In this document: piece after piece, positions 1 through 9,628 of the stretch | How positions within the stretch are numbered: the stretch's first letter is position 1 | Layout: every line of letters begins with the position of its first letter | NCBI RefSeq assembly: GCF_014280175.1 | Contig: NZ_CP047931.1 | Location: 2,070,001 to 2,102,000 of the forward strand | DNA length: 32,000 bases | Direction of reading: 5' to 3' | DNA from: Synechococcus sp. A15-28 | GTDB lineage: Bacteria; Cyanobacteriota; Cyanobacteriia; PCC-6307; Cyanobiaceae | Position numbers and translations under genes: made by a program | Notes under the pieces: generated by a model | The model's input: the letters and a program-made list of their open reading frames with translations, nothing else | The model's database searches: none | Told to the model about the DNA's origin: nothing

Positions 1-208
1 ACTCGCCCCCTGAGGTGTTCGGCCATGGCGAGCGCGTGGGAGGGGTCTCCCCCCCTGGGAGGCATCACCTCCGCTGTGATCGCCTGCTGACCGGACTCAA
101 TCGCGCGTTGGAGCGCCGTCGCCAAACCCTGAACTGCCGATGGGGCCCACTATGCAGGATCAGATCATCCAACGGCACTACCATGGGCCGAAAGGGGGGT
201 TGAGGCCC

Positions 209-484
209 ATGTCCAGCAGCGATCCAAGTGATCCCCTCAATATTGCCCTCTCGGCTCGGGAGATTGAGATCATCGAATTGGTGGCCGAGGGTCTCACCAA
301 TCAGGAGATCGCTGATCGGCTGACCATCAGCAAACGCACGGTGGACAACCACGTCAGCAATGTGTTCACCAAAACCGGCTCGAAAAACCGCGTGGCCCTG
401 CTGAACTGGGCGATGGACAACGGCAAGATCTGCCGGGACGGCTTCAACTGCTGTGCCCTTCCAGATGCCGACGGCCCCGAATGA
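209..484 (+). CDS. small stand-alone LuxR/FixJ-type HTH transcriptional regulator (~91 aa)
   Basis: ORF 140..484. LSAREIEIIELVAEGLTNQEIADRLTISKRTVDNHVSNVFTKTGSKNRVAL is a textbook LuxR C-terminal HTH. Start placed at the internal ATG 209 (MSSSDP...); ATG 140 is also possible. Confidence 0.85.
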   Translation: MSSSDPSDPLNIALSAREIEIIELVAEGLTNQEIADRLTISKRTVDNHVSNVFTKTGSKNRVALLNWAMDNGKICRDGFNCCALPDADGPE

Positions 485-629
485 TCACCCCCGGCTGAGC
501 TGGATCGGGGAGGTCTTGGAGTGAGCTGGGGGCCAGCTGAATCTGGAACAAGGCGGCGTATTCGACGCAGGCTTCCAGGCTGGAACCGACAAAGCGCAGC
601 ATTCCTTCCCGGTCGTACAAACCCACCAT
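444..629 (-). CDS. candidate small ORF (61 aa, MVGLYDREGMLRFVGSSLEACVEYAALFQIQ...), function unknown
   Basis: Internal ATG of track ORF 444..998. It fills an otherwise empty ~200-nt convergent gap and has GC-rich third codon positions like neighbouring genes. The AT-rich stretch at 640..687 looks like true intergenic DNA. It overlaps the LuxR gene 3' end by 41 nt. No family recognised. Confidence 0.25.
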   Translation of the reverse strand: MVGLYDREGMLRFVGSSLEACVEYAALFQIQLAPSSLQDLPDPAQPGVIIRGRRHLEGHSS

Positions 630-687
630 CGGCGTCACGCCAGTACAGGCAAATCTAAAGCAAATCAAAAGAGACTTCCAGGCTGGC

Positions 688-1194
688 TCAGGCAAAACCG
701 AACGCCTCTCGCTCCGCCAGGGGCCAATCCTGCAGAGGCCGCCGGGCCAGGGCTGCATTGGACCAACGACCATCCCCGGTGATCTCGCGCCCGCACCAGG
801 CCGGAATCTCAAGCGCTGTCTGCGCAGACGGCAATTCCACCTCCGCCAGCAGCAGCGGGCCATTGCGTCCTGCAAACTGATCCACGACCCAGTCCCCACC
901 AACCAGCGACAGGGCAAAACGGGTCTTCTCCAGACGATGGGGAGCCAGGGTCCACAGCGACTCGGCATCCGAAACCGGAATGGCGTACTCGAATTCATGG
1001 CGCACCAGCCCGATGGCGTCAGCGGCCGCCTTCAGGGTCAGCCAGGCGGCCTCTACGCCACGCAGACGAACACGCACCGTCACCCCATCGGCGCTGGCGG
1101 CCAGATAGCCCTGGCGCAGCGGCTGGGGCGCTCCAGCCAACGATCGCCAGCCCTCACCGGTCAGGAGAAAGCGTCGTTCGATTTCGACAGCCAC
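688..1194 (-). CDS. CYTH-domain protein (triphosphate tunnel metalloenzyme family)
   Basis: N-terminal MAVEIERRFLL (ExExK-like CYTH signature). 168 aa, a typical CYTH size. Confidence 0.8.
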   Translation of the reverse strand: MAVEIERRFLLTGEGWRSLAGAPQPLRQGYLAASADGVTVRVRLRGVEAAWLTLKAAADAIGLVRHEFEYAIPVSDAESLWTLAPHRLEKTRFALSLVGGDWVVDQFAGRNGPLLLAEVELPSAQTALEIPAWCGREITGDGRWSNAALARRPLQDWPLAEREAFGFA

Positions 1195-1201
1195 GGCTCG
1201 C

Positions 1202-2152
1202 TCAGTTATGGGACGGCTGGGCGGCCATCAGGCTTCCGGCCCAGTGCAGCTTGGAGGCCACAGTGCGGTAATAAGAGGGGCTCTGGTTCAGCTGCACCAT
1301 CTGGGCATGGTGGCGTGCCTGTTGCACCACGCAGCACTCGCCGGGTTCCAGCACCGTGCAGCCAACCCCGTCCTTCCACAGCTTGACCCGGTGATCCCCC
1401 GCCCCGAGGGGCCAGATCACCAGACGGGCCCGCGGCGGCACCACCACCGTGCGGCTGGAGAGGCTCATCGGACAGATCGGAGCCACCACGATGGCGTCGA
1501 TGCCGGGATGCAGGATCGGGCCTCCCGCGGCCAGGGCATACCCCGTGGAACCGGTGGGCGTGGAGAGGATCAACCCATCGCCGCGGATCTGGTCCACCAC
1601 TTCCCCATCGATCTCCAGTTCAAGGGTGCAGGTGGGTGAAATCTCGTCGCGGTAGGCGCGCAGATAGAAGTCGTTGAGAGCCCAGTGATGCTCTTCGTCG
1701 TCCTCAAGATCAGGCTGCTGAAGAGGCGCTGGTGCGTTCGCCCGTTCTTCAGCGCTGCGGCGATCCACCATGGCCTGAAGCATCATCCTCCGCTCCATGG
1801 CGTACTGATCGTTGACCAGTCGCTGCCAGATCTCATTGCCCCGGAGAACACGGCGATCGTGGGTGAGGAAGCCGAGATGGCCCCCCACATTGATGCTGAG
1901 GATGGGAATGTCGTACACCGCCAGGTGACGGGCGGCCCCAAGAACCGTGCCATCACCGCCGAGGACCACCGCCAGATCCGGCAGTTGCTCATGGGTTGCC
2001 AGCAGCCCGGGGAATGGATTGACGCGGGCCCCTGACATGGCGGTGGTCACCTCACTGCCGAAGGCCTTCAGCTCCTTGGCACATTGACGGGCTTCACGCT
2101 GAGCCGGTTGGCTGTCAGCCCGATAGATCACCCAGACCCGATCGAGACGCAT
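1202..2152 (-). CDS. nadK: NAD(+) kinase
   Basis: [13 protein letters not shown] motif, later [22 protein letters not shown]. 316 aa. Confidence 0.9.
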   Translation of the reverse strand: MRLDRVWVIYRADSQPAQREARQCAKELKAFGSEVTTAMSGARVNPFPGLLATHEQLPDLAVVLGGDGTVLGAARHLAVYDIPILSINVGGHLGFLTHDRRVLRGNEIWQRLVNDQYAMERRMMLQAMVDRRSAEERANAPAPLQQPDLEDDEEHHWALNDFYLRAYRDEISPTCTLELEIDGEVVDQIRGDGLILSTPTGSTGYALAAGGPILHPGIDAIVVAPICPMSLSSRTVVVPPRARLVIWPLGAGDHRVKLWKDGVGCTVLEPGECCVVQQARHHAQMVQLNQSPSYYRTVASKLHWAGSLMAAQPSHN

Positions 2153-2167
2153 GGCCCCTGTGGATGG

Positions 2168-2497
2168 TTACCAGCGGAGCAGATTGAACTGTTCCATGTC
2201 GACGGTAACCCTGTTGCGATAAAGCGACAGCAGGATGGCCAAACCCACGGCGGCTTCAGCAGCAGCCACGGTGATGACGAAAACGGTGAACACCTGACCG
2301 CGGATCAGATCGCCATCCACATAGGAGGAGAAGGCCATCAGGTTGATGTTCACGGCATTGAGCATCAGCTCGATACTCATCAGCACACGCACGGCGTTGC
2401 GGCTGTTAATCAGCCCCCAGACGCCGATGCAGAACAACATCGCGGCCAACAGCAGAAAGGCCTGAAGCGAAGGGAGTTGGGATAAAAGCTCGGTCAT
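2168..2497 (-). CDS. ndhE: NAD(P)H-quinone oxidoreductase subunit 4L (NuoK homolog)
   Basis: 109-aa protein with three TM segments, ...[19 protein letters not shown].... Sits in the ndhA-I-G-E order. Confidence 0.9.
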   Translation of the reverse strand: MTELLSQLPSLQAFLLLAAMLFCIGVWGLINSRNAVRVLMSIELMLNAVNINLMAFSSYVDGDLIRGQVFTVFVITVAAAEAAVGLAILLSLYRNRVTVDMEQFNLLRW

Positions 2498-2507
2498 CGT
2501 TCAGAGG

Positions 2508-3110
2508 TCAGGAAGAAGGACGCTCAACCAGCAGCGGCGTGCGGGATTTTTCGATCAGGCCCTGATCAGCGGCTTCACCGGTGACGACGTCTGTCGCCAA
2601 CACATCCCGGCGGGCCAGGACGATGGCGCCGATCATCGCCATCAGCAGCAGCACAGAGGCCACTTCGAAGGGCAGCAGGTAGTCGGTGAACAGGTGCTCA
2701 CCGATGCGAGCGGTGGCCTCTTCACCAACGGCGGCAGGACCGGGCAGGGCCCATGGGGTGGTGACCACAACCCGCACCAGTAGGGCCAGCAAGCCCAGAC
2801 AAACCCCGCCGGAAACGGCCCGACGAACGTTCAAACCGGCGATGGCCTTGAGGTCTTCCCGCTTGTTCACGAGCATGATCGCGAACAGGATCAGCACATT
2901 GATCGCCCCGACGTAAACCAGGATCTGGGCAGCGGCGACAAAACTGGCGTTCAGCAGCAGGTAAAGACCGGCCACGGCCATGAATACCCCTCCGAGCAGG
3001 AAGGCGGAATAGACGATGTTGCTGAGCAGAACGACCCCGAGCGCCCCGGTCACCACAACCGCGGACAGCACCAGGAAACAGATCACCTCTGTGGTGGTCG
3101 CAATGCTCAT
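2508..3110 (-). CDS. ndhG: NAD(P)H-quinone oxidoreductase subunit 6 (NuoJ homolog)
   Basis: 200-aa polytopic membrane protein between ndhI and ndhE. 4-nt overlap with the ndhI stop. Confidence 0.9.
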   Translation of the reverse strand: MSIATTTEVICFLVLSAVVVTGALGVVLLSNIVYSAFLLGGVFMAVAGLYLLLNASFVAAAQILVYVGAINVLILFAIMLVNKREDLKAIAGLNVRRAVSGGVCLGLLALLVRVVVTTPWALPGPAAVGEEATARIGEHLFTDYLLPFEVASVLLLMAMIGAIVLARRDVLATDVVTGEAADQGLIEKSRTPLLVERPSS

Positions 3111-3754
3111 GCGTCGCTCTCCTTGGCGTCACCGCTGGATTGTCCCTCATTCTTGGCCGCAGCCTTCGCGGGAGGGGCCAGGGTTTCCAGCACCTCAGAG
3201 GGAAGCTTTCCAGCACGGGGGCGATCATTCGCCACACCATGGGGATCGATCTCGCCGGCGGGAAGGTAGGCGAGCTCACGCAGGGGCTGCACCGAAGGAT
3301 CGGTGGTCACGCTGGTGGGCAGCCTGCCCAGAGCGACGTTGTCGTAGTTGAGGCTGTGACGATCAAATGCCGCCAATTCGTATTCCTCGGTCATCGAAAG
3401 GCAGTTGGTGGGGCAGTACTCCACACAGTTGCCGCAGAAGATGCAGACACCGAAATCGATGGAATAGTTGCGCAGCTCCTTCTTCTTGGTGGCCTTGTTC
3501 ATCACGTAATCGACCACCGGAAGGTTGATCGGGCAGACCCGAACACAAACCTCACAGGCGATGCATTTGTCGAACTCGTAGTGAATCCGGCCGCGGTACC
3601 GCTCCGAAGGGATCAGCTTTTCGTAGGGGTACTGCACCGTCACCGGACGGCGTTTCATGTGGTCAAAAGTGACCGAAAAACCCTGGGCCAGGTTGCGCGC
3701 GGCATCCACGGCATCCCGCGTGTAATCACCAACCTGTTTGAGAAATCCGAACAT
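3107..3754 (-). CDS. ndhI: NAD(P)H-quinone oxidoreductase subunit I (2x[4Fe-4S] ferredoxin-type)
   Basis: Two CxxCxxCxxxCP motifs ([24 protein letters not shown]). Acidic/Ala-Lys-rich C-terminal tail. Confidence 0.95.
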   Translation of the reverse strand: MFGFLKQVGDYTRDAVDAARNLAQGFSVTFDHMKRRPVTVQYPYEKLIPSERYRGRIHYEFDKCIACEVCVRVCPINLPVVDYVMNKATKKKELRNYSIDFGVCIFCGNCVEYCPTNCLSMTEEYELAAFDRHSLNYDNVALGRLPTSVTTDPSVQPLRELAYLPAGEIDPHGVANDRPRAGKLPSEVLETLAPPAKAAAKNEGQSSGDAKESDA

Positions 3755-3828
3755 GGCGAGAAGCCTGGAAGAGAAGGAGGGTCAGGTCACCGAAACCATG
3801 ATGGCCGGTGCAGCACGATCCAGAGGGA

Positions 3829-4950
3829 TCAACCGCCGAAGGCCACAGGAAACGCCAGTTTGAGAGCAGCGGTCACCAGCAGGTTGACCAGGGACAAGGG
3901 CAGCAAGAATTTCCAGCCAAGATCCAGCAGCTGGTCAATGCGAACCCGGGGGGTGGTCCAGCGCAGAAGGATGGCCACAAACACCAGCAGATAGGCCTTC
4001 AGCACCGTCATCACGATGCCGACGGAACCGGTGATCACCTGAACGACCGGGGCATCGATCGGCTGGTTCAACCAACCCGCCAGCCATTCAACGGGGATCG
4101 GGAAGCCCCAGCCCCCCAGATAGAGAACGGAAACCAGAACCGCCGACAGCACCAGGTTGATGTAGCCCGCCAGATAGAAGAGGGCGAACTTCATACCGGC
4201 GTATTCGGTCTGATAACCCGCCACCAGTTCCTCTTCGGCCTCAGGAAGGTCGAAGGGCAGACGTTCGCACTCCGCCAGCGCACAGATCCAGAAGATCAGA
4301 AACCCGACGGGTTGGCGCCAGATGTTCCAGCTCAGGATGCCGGCGCCGGTCTGCTGACCGACGATGTCGACCGTGCTGAGGGAGTTGCTCATCATCACGA
4401 TGGCCAGCACCGCCAGCGCCAGGGGAATTTCGTAGCTGATGGATTGGGCTGCAGCCCGCAGACCTCCCAGCAACGAATACTTGTTGTTGGACGCATAGCC
4501 ACTCATCAGCAGACCGATGGGCTGAATGCTGCTGAAAGCGATCCAGAGAAAAATGCCGACGCCGACATTGCTGATCAGCAGGTTCTGACCGAAGGGAATG
4601 ATCAGCCAGGAGATGATCACCGGAATCACCACCAGCACAGGACCGATGGTGAACAGAAGGCTGTCGGCACGGGCCGGGATGATGTCCTCCTTCACCAACA
4701 GCTTGAGGCCGTCCGCCAGTGGCTGAAGCACCCCCAGGGCACCGGCGTACTCAGGTCCGATCCGCTGCTGCACTGCCGCGGAGATCTTGCGCTCCAGCCA
4801 GACCGACACCAGCACGCCGACCACGGCGGCCACCAGCACCAGGAGCATCGGCAGGGGCAACCAGAGCAGCCTTGCGGCCTGTTCCGACAGGCCCAGACCC
4901 TGCAGTGCCTGGCTGAAACTCAGTTCAAGGTCCAGTCCCGGACTCACCAT
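3829..4950 (-). CDS. ndhA: NAD(P)H-quinone oxidoreductase subunit 1 (NuoH homolog)
   Basis: 373-aa polytopic protein with [15 protein letters not shown] and [30 protein letters not shown] motifs. Confidence 0.95.
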   Translation of the reverse strand: MVSPGLDLELSFSQALQGLGLSEQAARLLWLPLPMLLVLVAAVVGVLVSVWLERKISAAVQQRIGPEYAGALGVLQPLADGLKLLVKEDIIPARADSLLFTIGPVLVVIPVIISWLIIPFGQNLLISNVGVGIFLWIAFSSIQPIGLLMSGYASNNKYSLLGGLRAAAQSISYEIPLALAVLAIVMMSNSLSTVDIVGQQTGAGILSWNIWRQPVGFLIFWICALAECERLPFDLPEAEEELVAGYQTEYAGMKFALFYLAGYINLVLSAVLVSVLYLGGWGFPIPVEWLAGWLNQPIDAPVVQVITGSVGIVMTVLKAYLLVFVAILLRWTTPRVRIDQLLDLGWKFLLPLSLVNLLVTAALKLAFPVAFGG

Positions 4951-4974
4951 GGTGTCGACTGAAGTGCCTGCAAC

Positions 4975-6165
4975 TTAAGCGGCCGAAGCGGATGCTCGCT
5001 CGTCCATGGGCATCCACGCGCGTGGCTGGGACCCCGAATAGATCTGCGATGGGCGAAAAATGCGGTTGGCCCCGAGCTGTTCACGCCAGTGGGCCAACCA
5101 ACCGGCGACCCGAGCGATGGCGAAGACCGGCGTGAACAGATCCCTGGGGATGCCCAGCTTGCGGTACACAAGCCCGGAGTAGAAGTCGACGTTGGGGTAG
5201 ATCCCCTTGGGCCCCAGCCGGGACTCCGCCTCCCGCTCGATGGCCACCGCCACGTCGTAAAGGTCGTCGTGGCCAAAGCGGGCGAACATGTCTTCCACAA
5301 AGGCCTGAAGAATCACTGCCCGGGGATCCTTCACCTTGTATTCCCGGTGGCCGAAACCCATGATCTTGCTTTTGGCGGCTATGGCCTCATCGAGGAAGGC
5401 GCCAGCTTTTTCGGGGGCTCCGACCTCCTCCAGCATCGCCAGAACGTCCTCGTTTGCCCCACCGTGCAGGGGCCCAGCCAGGGTGCCCACCGCGGAAGCC
5501 ACCACGGCGTAGGGATCGGTGAGGGTGCTGGCGGTGACGCGGGCGCTGAACGTACTGGCGTTGAGGCTGTGCTCGGCATGGAGCATCAGGCAACGGTCGA
5601 AGATGCGGGCCGCCATGGGGTCCGGCTCACGCTCAGTGAGCATGTAGAGGAAATTTGCGGAATAGGCCAGATCGTCGCGGGGCTGAATCGGATCCTGGCC
5701 CTTTCGAATCAGCTGAAAGGCCGCAACCATCGTGGGAATCTTGGCGATCAGCCGCACCACCGCGTCGTAGACGTACTGGGGGTCGTCGATGGCGCGACGG
5801 GAATAGAACAACCCCAGGGATGCTGCGCTGGATTGCAGGGCATCCATCGGATGCCCACTGGCGGGGAAGCACTTCATCATGTCCCGCACCCGGAAGCTCA
5901 CCCGTCGGTGCATCTGCACAGCGTGTTCGAACTCCGCCAGTTGATCGCGGCTTGGCAGTTCCCCCAAGATCAACAGAAAGGCGGTTTCCAGGAAGCTGCT
6001 GTTCGCCGCCAGGTCCTGAATCGGGTAGCCGCGGTAGGTCAGCAGGCCCTGCTCGCCATCGATGTCACAGATGGCGGACTGGGTGGCCGGTACACCGTCC
6101 AGACCGGGTCGGAGTTCGATGCCTGTCCGCGCATGGCGCAGGTCCCCTGACTGCTGCTGAGCCAC
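4975..6165 (-). CDS. gltA: citrate synthase
   Basis: GPLHGGANE and GFGHREYK motifs. 396 aa. Confidence 0.95.
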   Translation of the reverse strand: MAQQQSGDLRHARTGIELRPGLDGVPATQSAICDIDGEQGLLTYRGYPIQDLAANSSFLETAFLLILGELPSRDQLAEFEHAVQMHRRVSFRVRDMMKCFPASGHPMDALQSSAASLGLFYSRRAIDDPQYVYDAVVRLIAKIPTMVAAFQLIRKGQDPIQPRDDLAYSANFLYMLTEREPDPMAARIFDRCLMLHAEHSLNASTFSARVTASTLTDPYAVVASAVGTLAGPLHGGANEDVLAMLEEVGAPEKAGAFLDEAIAAKSKIMGFGHREYKVKDPRAVILQAFVEDMFARFGHDDLYDVAVAIEREAESRLGPKGIYPNVDFYSGLVYRKLGIPRDLFTPVFAIARVAGWLAHWREQLGANRIFRPSQIYSGSQPRAWMPMDERASASAA

Positions 6166-6204
6166 CGCCGCTTCGTCACTAATGGCAAACCTAAGCCGGC
6201 CGGA

Positions 6205-6690
6205 TCAGATTCCCCTGGTGCCCTGCAGCAGTCCGGGCCGCAGCAGGGCCTCGAGCGACCAGCCCCCAGGTCTGGATCGCAGCTGCACCAGACCGGCCTT
6301 TCGAATCCGCAGGGATCCGGGCGGCAGCCTCAGAAGGTCGCAGGCCAACAAGCCCAGGTCCGGTTCATGACCCACCAGGGCAATGGAGCCACTGTGGTCG
6401 TCGAGCAACGCAGCGACCAGTCCGCCGGGGCAGAGCCGGTCGTCGCTGTCCAGCACGGGGGCCAGACCGGCCTGCAGCGCGATCTGTGCGGTCTCCAGGG
6501 CACGGACGTAGGGACTGGTCACCAGTCGATCCATTCGTAAACCACCTGCCACCAGAGCCTCCATCACCGCCTGGGTGCGGCGGCGCCCCCTCTGCGTCAG
6601 CGGCCGGTCAGCGGCATCGCGCCCCTCCACTCGCGCCACGGCGATGCCGTGGCGCAGCAGCACCAGCTCATCCAAGCTCGAGTCGGGCAT
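6205..6690 (-). CDS. histidine-phosphatase family protein, SixA-like
   Basis: LVLLRHGIA catalytic RHG motif near the N-terminus and a later VGHEPDL motif. Start uncertain: ATG 6717, ATG 6690 or GTG 6663. The first two overlap the upstream gene's 3' end. Confidence 0.75.
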   Translation of the reverse strand: MPDSSLDELVLLRHGIAVARVEGRDAADRPLTQRGRRRTQAVMEALVAGGLRMDRLVTSPYVRALETAQIALQAGLAPVLDSDDRLCPGGLVAALLDDHSGSIALVGHEPDLGLLACDLLRLPPGSLRIRKAGLVQLRSRPGGWSLEALLRPGLLQGTRGI

Positions 6691-8242
6691 GCAGGGGGAG
6701 AACAGAGCTCCCCTCATCCTGACGATCCGCCTCCAGGCTCAGGCTGAGCCCCTGAATCCGTGACTGCAAGGTCTGTCCTGCCATGGCCTGCAACAGGGAC
6801 CAGGGCTGCCATTGCGCCAGAACAGCGCGGGCTGGCGTTGAGGCCAGCATCAGGGACTGGACCGGAGCGGACTGGAGACGACTGAGGTTGCGCCACTGGT
6901 GCAGGCGTGGCTCGAGAGCCCGAACGTCCTGCCGTTGCGTCAAGGCCGGCAGGGTCTCTGCCCACCAATCGCGATCGTTATCCGTTGATCGCGCCAGCGC
7001 CAGGCTGGCTTCCACGCCGGCACTGCGGCCCCGTTGCCGCGTCAGCCGTGTCCACACCTGAATCGATTCGCCATCACCGCTCAGATCGGACTGGGCCAGC
7101 CCCTGGGCCTTGAGCTGGTCATCCACCGCCGACAGATCCGGTTCGTCATGGCCGCTGGCCAACAGCCAGCCCTCGTCTTGTTGCTGCCACAGCAGGGGGC
7201 CCTCATCCAGCTCCAGCACGGCCAGGGCCGCCGGCTGCTGAGCAAGTCGCTGCTTGAGCACAGGCCCGAGCCACTGCGCCAGAGGGTGACCTTCATCCGG
7301 GTCGAGCAGGCGGTGTGGGTTCTGCAGCTGGGCCATCAGGCTGGCGCGACCACCGGAACCACTCACAAGATCCCGCTGAACAGGCCAGGGTTCGGCCTCG
7401 ATCGTCTCCTGCCAACGCAGGCGACCCTCCATCAGCAGATCGGCGTTCTCCGCCTGCAGGGCCGCCACCATCCCCTCAAGTCCACTCAGGGCCGTAGGCA
7501 GGTCGAACCAGCGCCGCAACGCCTCGGGGGAGGCCGTCAGCAGGGCCACCCCATGGTCCAGCTCAGCCATCTCCCGCCCCAGCTGCTCATCGCCGAGCTG
7601 ATGCTGCTGCTGAAGCTGAGAGACATCCAGAACCCGCTCCAGCACCCCCCGCCCGGAGGCCAACAGCACCAGGTCTTCGTCAATCAGGGCCGACGCCAGA
7701 GGCTGCGGTTCCCGACCCACCAGGGCACCACGGCCGCTGATCAGTCCCATGCCCCGATAGCTGCTGATCTGCAGATCGGTGCCCGCCAGGCTGCGGGTCT
7801 GCCAGAAGCGTTGCAGAAAACGGCGGGCGCCATCGCTGTCGCTGCTCGTCAACGCCAGCACCCAACCCGGCGTATCGCTGGCATCCAGAAGGGTGAGGCT
7901 GAGTTCCGGCCCCACCCAGCCAGCGAGTTCAGCGTCGAAGTCGAGCCCCGCCAGCGCGAAGGCACCATCACGCCACTGACGCATTCCATCCCGTGCCGCC
8001 CGCCGCTGACGCGGAGGTGCCACCGCCTGGGCATAGGCCGGCAGACGCGCAGTGTCAGCCAGCCAATGCAGCGACAGGGCCGCATTGCGGGGGACGAAAC
8101 GGGCCGCCCGTGGCAGGTGCAACGGTTGGTCCACCAGATGGAGCGGACTGCGCCGTTCCAACCCCCAGAGCAGGCCGGTGGTCACCAGCACCAGGGAGAG
8201 CACGGCGGCGGCCAGAGCCGTCAGAAAGGAGCGGGCCTGCAT
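6668..8242 (-). CDS. conserved hypothetical protein with an N-terminal membrane anchor (cyanobacterial DUF-type)
   Basis: 524-aa ORF. N-terminal hydrophobic segment FLTALAAAVLSLVLVTTGLLW. Coding-like GC3. No catalytic motif recognised. Confidence 0.7.
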   Translation of the reverse strand: MQARSFLTALAAAVLSLVLVTTGLLWGLERRSPLHLVDQPLHLPRAARFVPRNAALSLHWLADTARLPAYAQAVAPPRQRRAARDGMRQWRDGAFALAGLDFDAELAGWVGPELSLTLLDASDTPGWVLALTSSDSDGARRFLQRFWQTRSLAGTDLQISSYRGMGLISGRGALVGREPQPLASALIDEDLVLLASGRGVLERVLDVSQLQQQHQLGDEQLGREMAELDHGVALLTASPEALRRWFDLPTALSGLEGMVAALQAENADLLMEGRLRWQETIEAEPWPVQRDLVSGSGGRASLMAQLQNPHRLLDPDEGHPLAQWLGPVLKQRLAQQPAALAVLELDEGPLLWQQQDEGWLLASGHDEPDLSAVDDQLKAQGLAQSDLSGDGESIQVWTRLTRQRGRSAGVEASLALARSTDNDRDWWAETLPALTQRQDVRALEPRLHQWRNLSRLQSAPVQSLMLASTPARAVLAQWQPWSLLQAMAGQTLQSRIQGLSLSLEADRQDEGSSVLPLHARLELG

Positions 8243-8256
8243 GGGCCTGCGAAGTC

Positions 8257-8270
8257 AGATGACGTCATCT
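8257..8270. promoter_or_regulatory. 14-bp perfect palindrome AGATGACGTCATCT in a divergent intergenic gap (candidate operator)
   Basis: Read directly. Lies between the start of the 524-aa gene (8242, minus) and the rhodanese gene (8296, plus). Confidence 0.25.
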
Positions 8271-8295
8271 TTGTCCATCGCCGCAGAATGGCGCC

Positions 8296-8649
8296 ATGGA
8301 ATCGACCCACCCACGCCCGATTCAAGCCCGGGATCTGCACGCCTGGCTCCAGGACGACCGCCCCGATCCCCTGCTGGTGGACGTGCGGGAGGACGCGGAA
8401 CTGGAGCTGGCCCGCTTCCCCGCGGAGGTGCAGCACTGGCCTCTGAGCCGATCCGACGCCTGGCTGGAGTCCGTCCCCCAGCAGCTGGCGAATGACCGTC
8501 CTGTCGTGGTGATCTGCCATGCCGGTGTGCGCAGCCTCCATTTGGGTTTGTGGCTGCTGCAACAGATGCCTGAGCTGGAGGTGTGGAACCTTGAAGGGGG
8601 TATCGATGCCTGGAGCGTTCACGTGGATCCGTCGGTGCCCCGCTACTGA
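8296..8649 (+). CDS. rhodanese-domain sulfurtransferase (single domain)
   Basis: Active-site loop VVICHAGVRS. 117 aa. Its stop overlaps the hrcA start (TGATG). Confidence 0.85.
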   Translation: MESTHPRPIQARDLHAWLQDDRPDPLLVDVREDAELELARFPAEVQHWPLSRSDAWLESVPQQLANDRPVVVICHAGVRSLHLGLWLLQQMPELEVWNLEGGIDAWSVHVDPSVPRY

Positions 8650-9623
8650 TGAAGCCTCTGTCCCCCAGGCAACAACAGGTGCTGCAGGCCACGGTCAACC
8701 ACTACGTGGACACGATGGAACCGGTGGGCAGCCGCACGCTGGTGCAGCGCTTCGGCATTCCCGCCAGCTCCGCCACGGTTCGTTCAGCGATGGGGGCACT
8801 GGAAAAACGGGGTCTGCTGACTCAGCCCCACACCTCAGCCGGCCGCATCCCCAGCGCCCTTGGTTATCGCCATTACGTCGACGACCTGCTGCCGGAACCG
8901 GGGGTCGCCGTGCAGCACCTGGAACGGGAAATCACGGGCCTGAGCCTGCGCTGGGCGGCCCTGGATGACCTTCTCCAGCAACTGGCCCGTCGCTTGACCG
9001 ACTTCACCGGGCTGATGAGTTTGATCACCCGCCCGCAGCAACCCCGAGCGCAGCTGGAGGCCATCCGTCTGGTGCAGAGCGGTGATCGTCTCCTGGTGAT
9101 GCTGGTGGAGGACAGCGGCCTCGCCAGCCATCTCAACCTGCGGCTACCACCGGGAGCCGGCGATGAACTGACGGCCATGGAACGCTGGACCGATCAACAG
9201 CTGGAGGAAGGCACCCTCAACTGGCAATCCCTGCCACCCCATCTGCAACGCAGCGGCAACGTGCTGCGCAGTGCCCTCGACCACCCCTCCATGTCCCCCG
9301 AGACGCCCCTCGTGGTGCATGGGCTCTCCAGATTAGTGGCCGAACCGGAATTCCACACCACAACAGAGCTGCGACCACTGCTGGAGTTGATCGATGACCA
9401 GCCCTGTGCCGTGGTCAGTGCCACCGATCAACCGGGGGTCTGGATTGGGGAGGAACATCCCCAAAAGGCCCTGCAGGCCTGTTCAGTCGTCCAGGCCCCG
9501 TACCGCTGCGGCCAGGAAGGAGTGGGTCAGGTGGCCTTGGTGGGACCGATGCGGATGACCTATGCCACGGCCCACGCCGCCGTCCAGCGGGTGGCCCGCC
9601 ACCTCGATCTGCTGCTCTGCTGA
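8649..9623 (+). CDS. hrcA: heat-inducible transcription repressor HrcA
   Basis: N-terminal LSPRQQQVLQATVNHYVDTMEPVGSRTLVQRFGIPASSATVRSAMGALEKRGLLTQPHTSAGRIPS winged-helix signature. Confidence 0.9.
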   Translation: MKPLSPRQQQVLQATVNHYVDTMEPVGSRTLVQRFGIPASSATVRSAMGALEKRGLLTQPHTSAGRIPSALGYRHYVDDLLPEPGVAVQHLEREITGLSLRWAALDDLLQQLARRLTDFTGLMSLITRPQQPRAQLEAIRLVQSGDRLLVMLVEDSGLASHLNLRLPPGAGDELTAMERWTDQQLEEGTLNWQSLPPHLQRSGNVLRSALDHPSMSPETPLVVHGLSRLVAEPEFHTTTELRPLLELIDDQPCAVVSATDQPGVWIGEEHPQKALQACSVVQAPYRCGQEGVGQVALVGPMRMTYATAHAAVQRVARHLDLLLC

Positions 9624-9628
9624 GCCGA

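Noticed and set aside
1-203. Possible 3' end of an upstream gene, or an sRNA, ahead of the LuxR gene. Open frames run in from the window edge.
   Set aside because: Two frames are open from position 1, but neither translation carries a recognisable motif. The data are too sparse to call.
3808-4962. 384-aa + strand ORF exactly antisense to ndhA. Similar long antisense ORFs lie at 5089..6150, 7034..8446, 9755..10918, 11151..11966, 12136..12921, 13923..14930, 17883..18833, 19176..19940, 19801..20604, 20608..21381, 24449..25581 and 26225..26851.
   Set aside because: Each mirrors a strongly recognisable gene on the other strand. Their translations are low-complexity (R/G/P/H/Q-rich) with no motifs. 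Stop-poor antisense frames are expected in DNA of about 65% GC.
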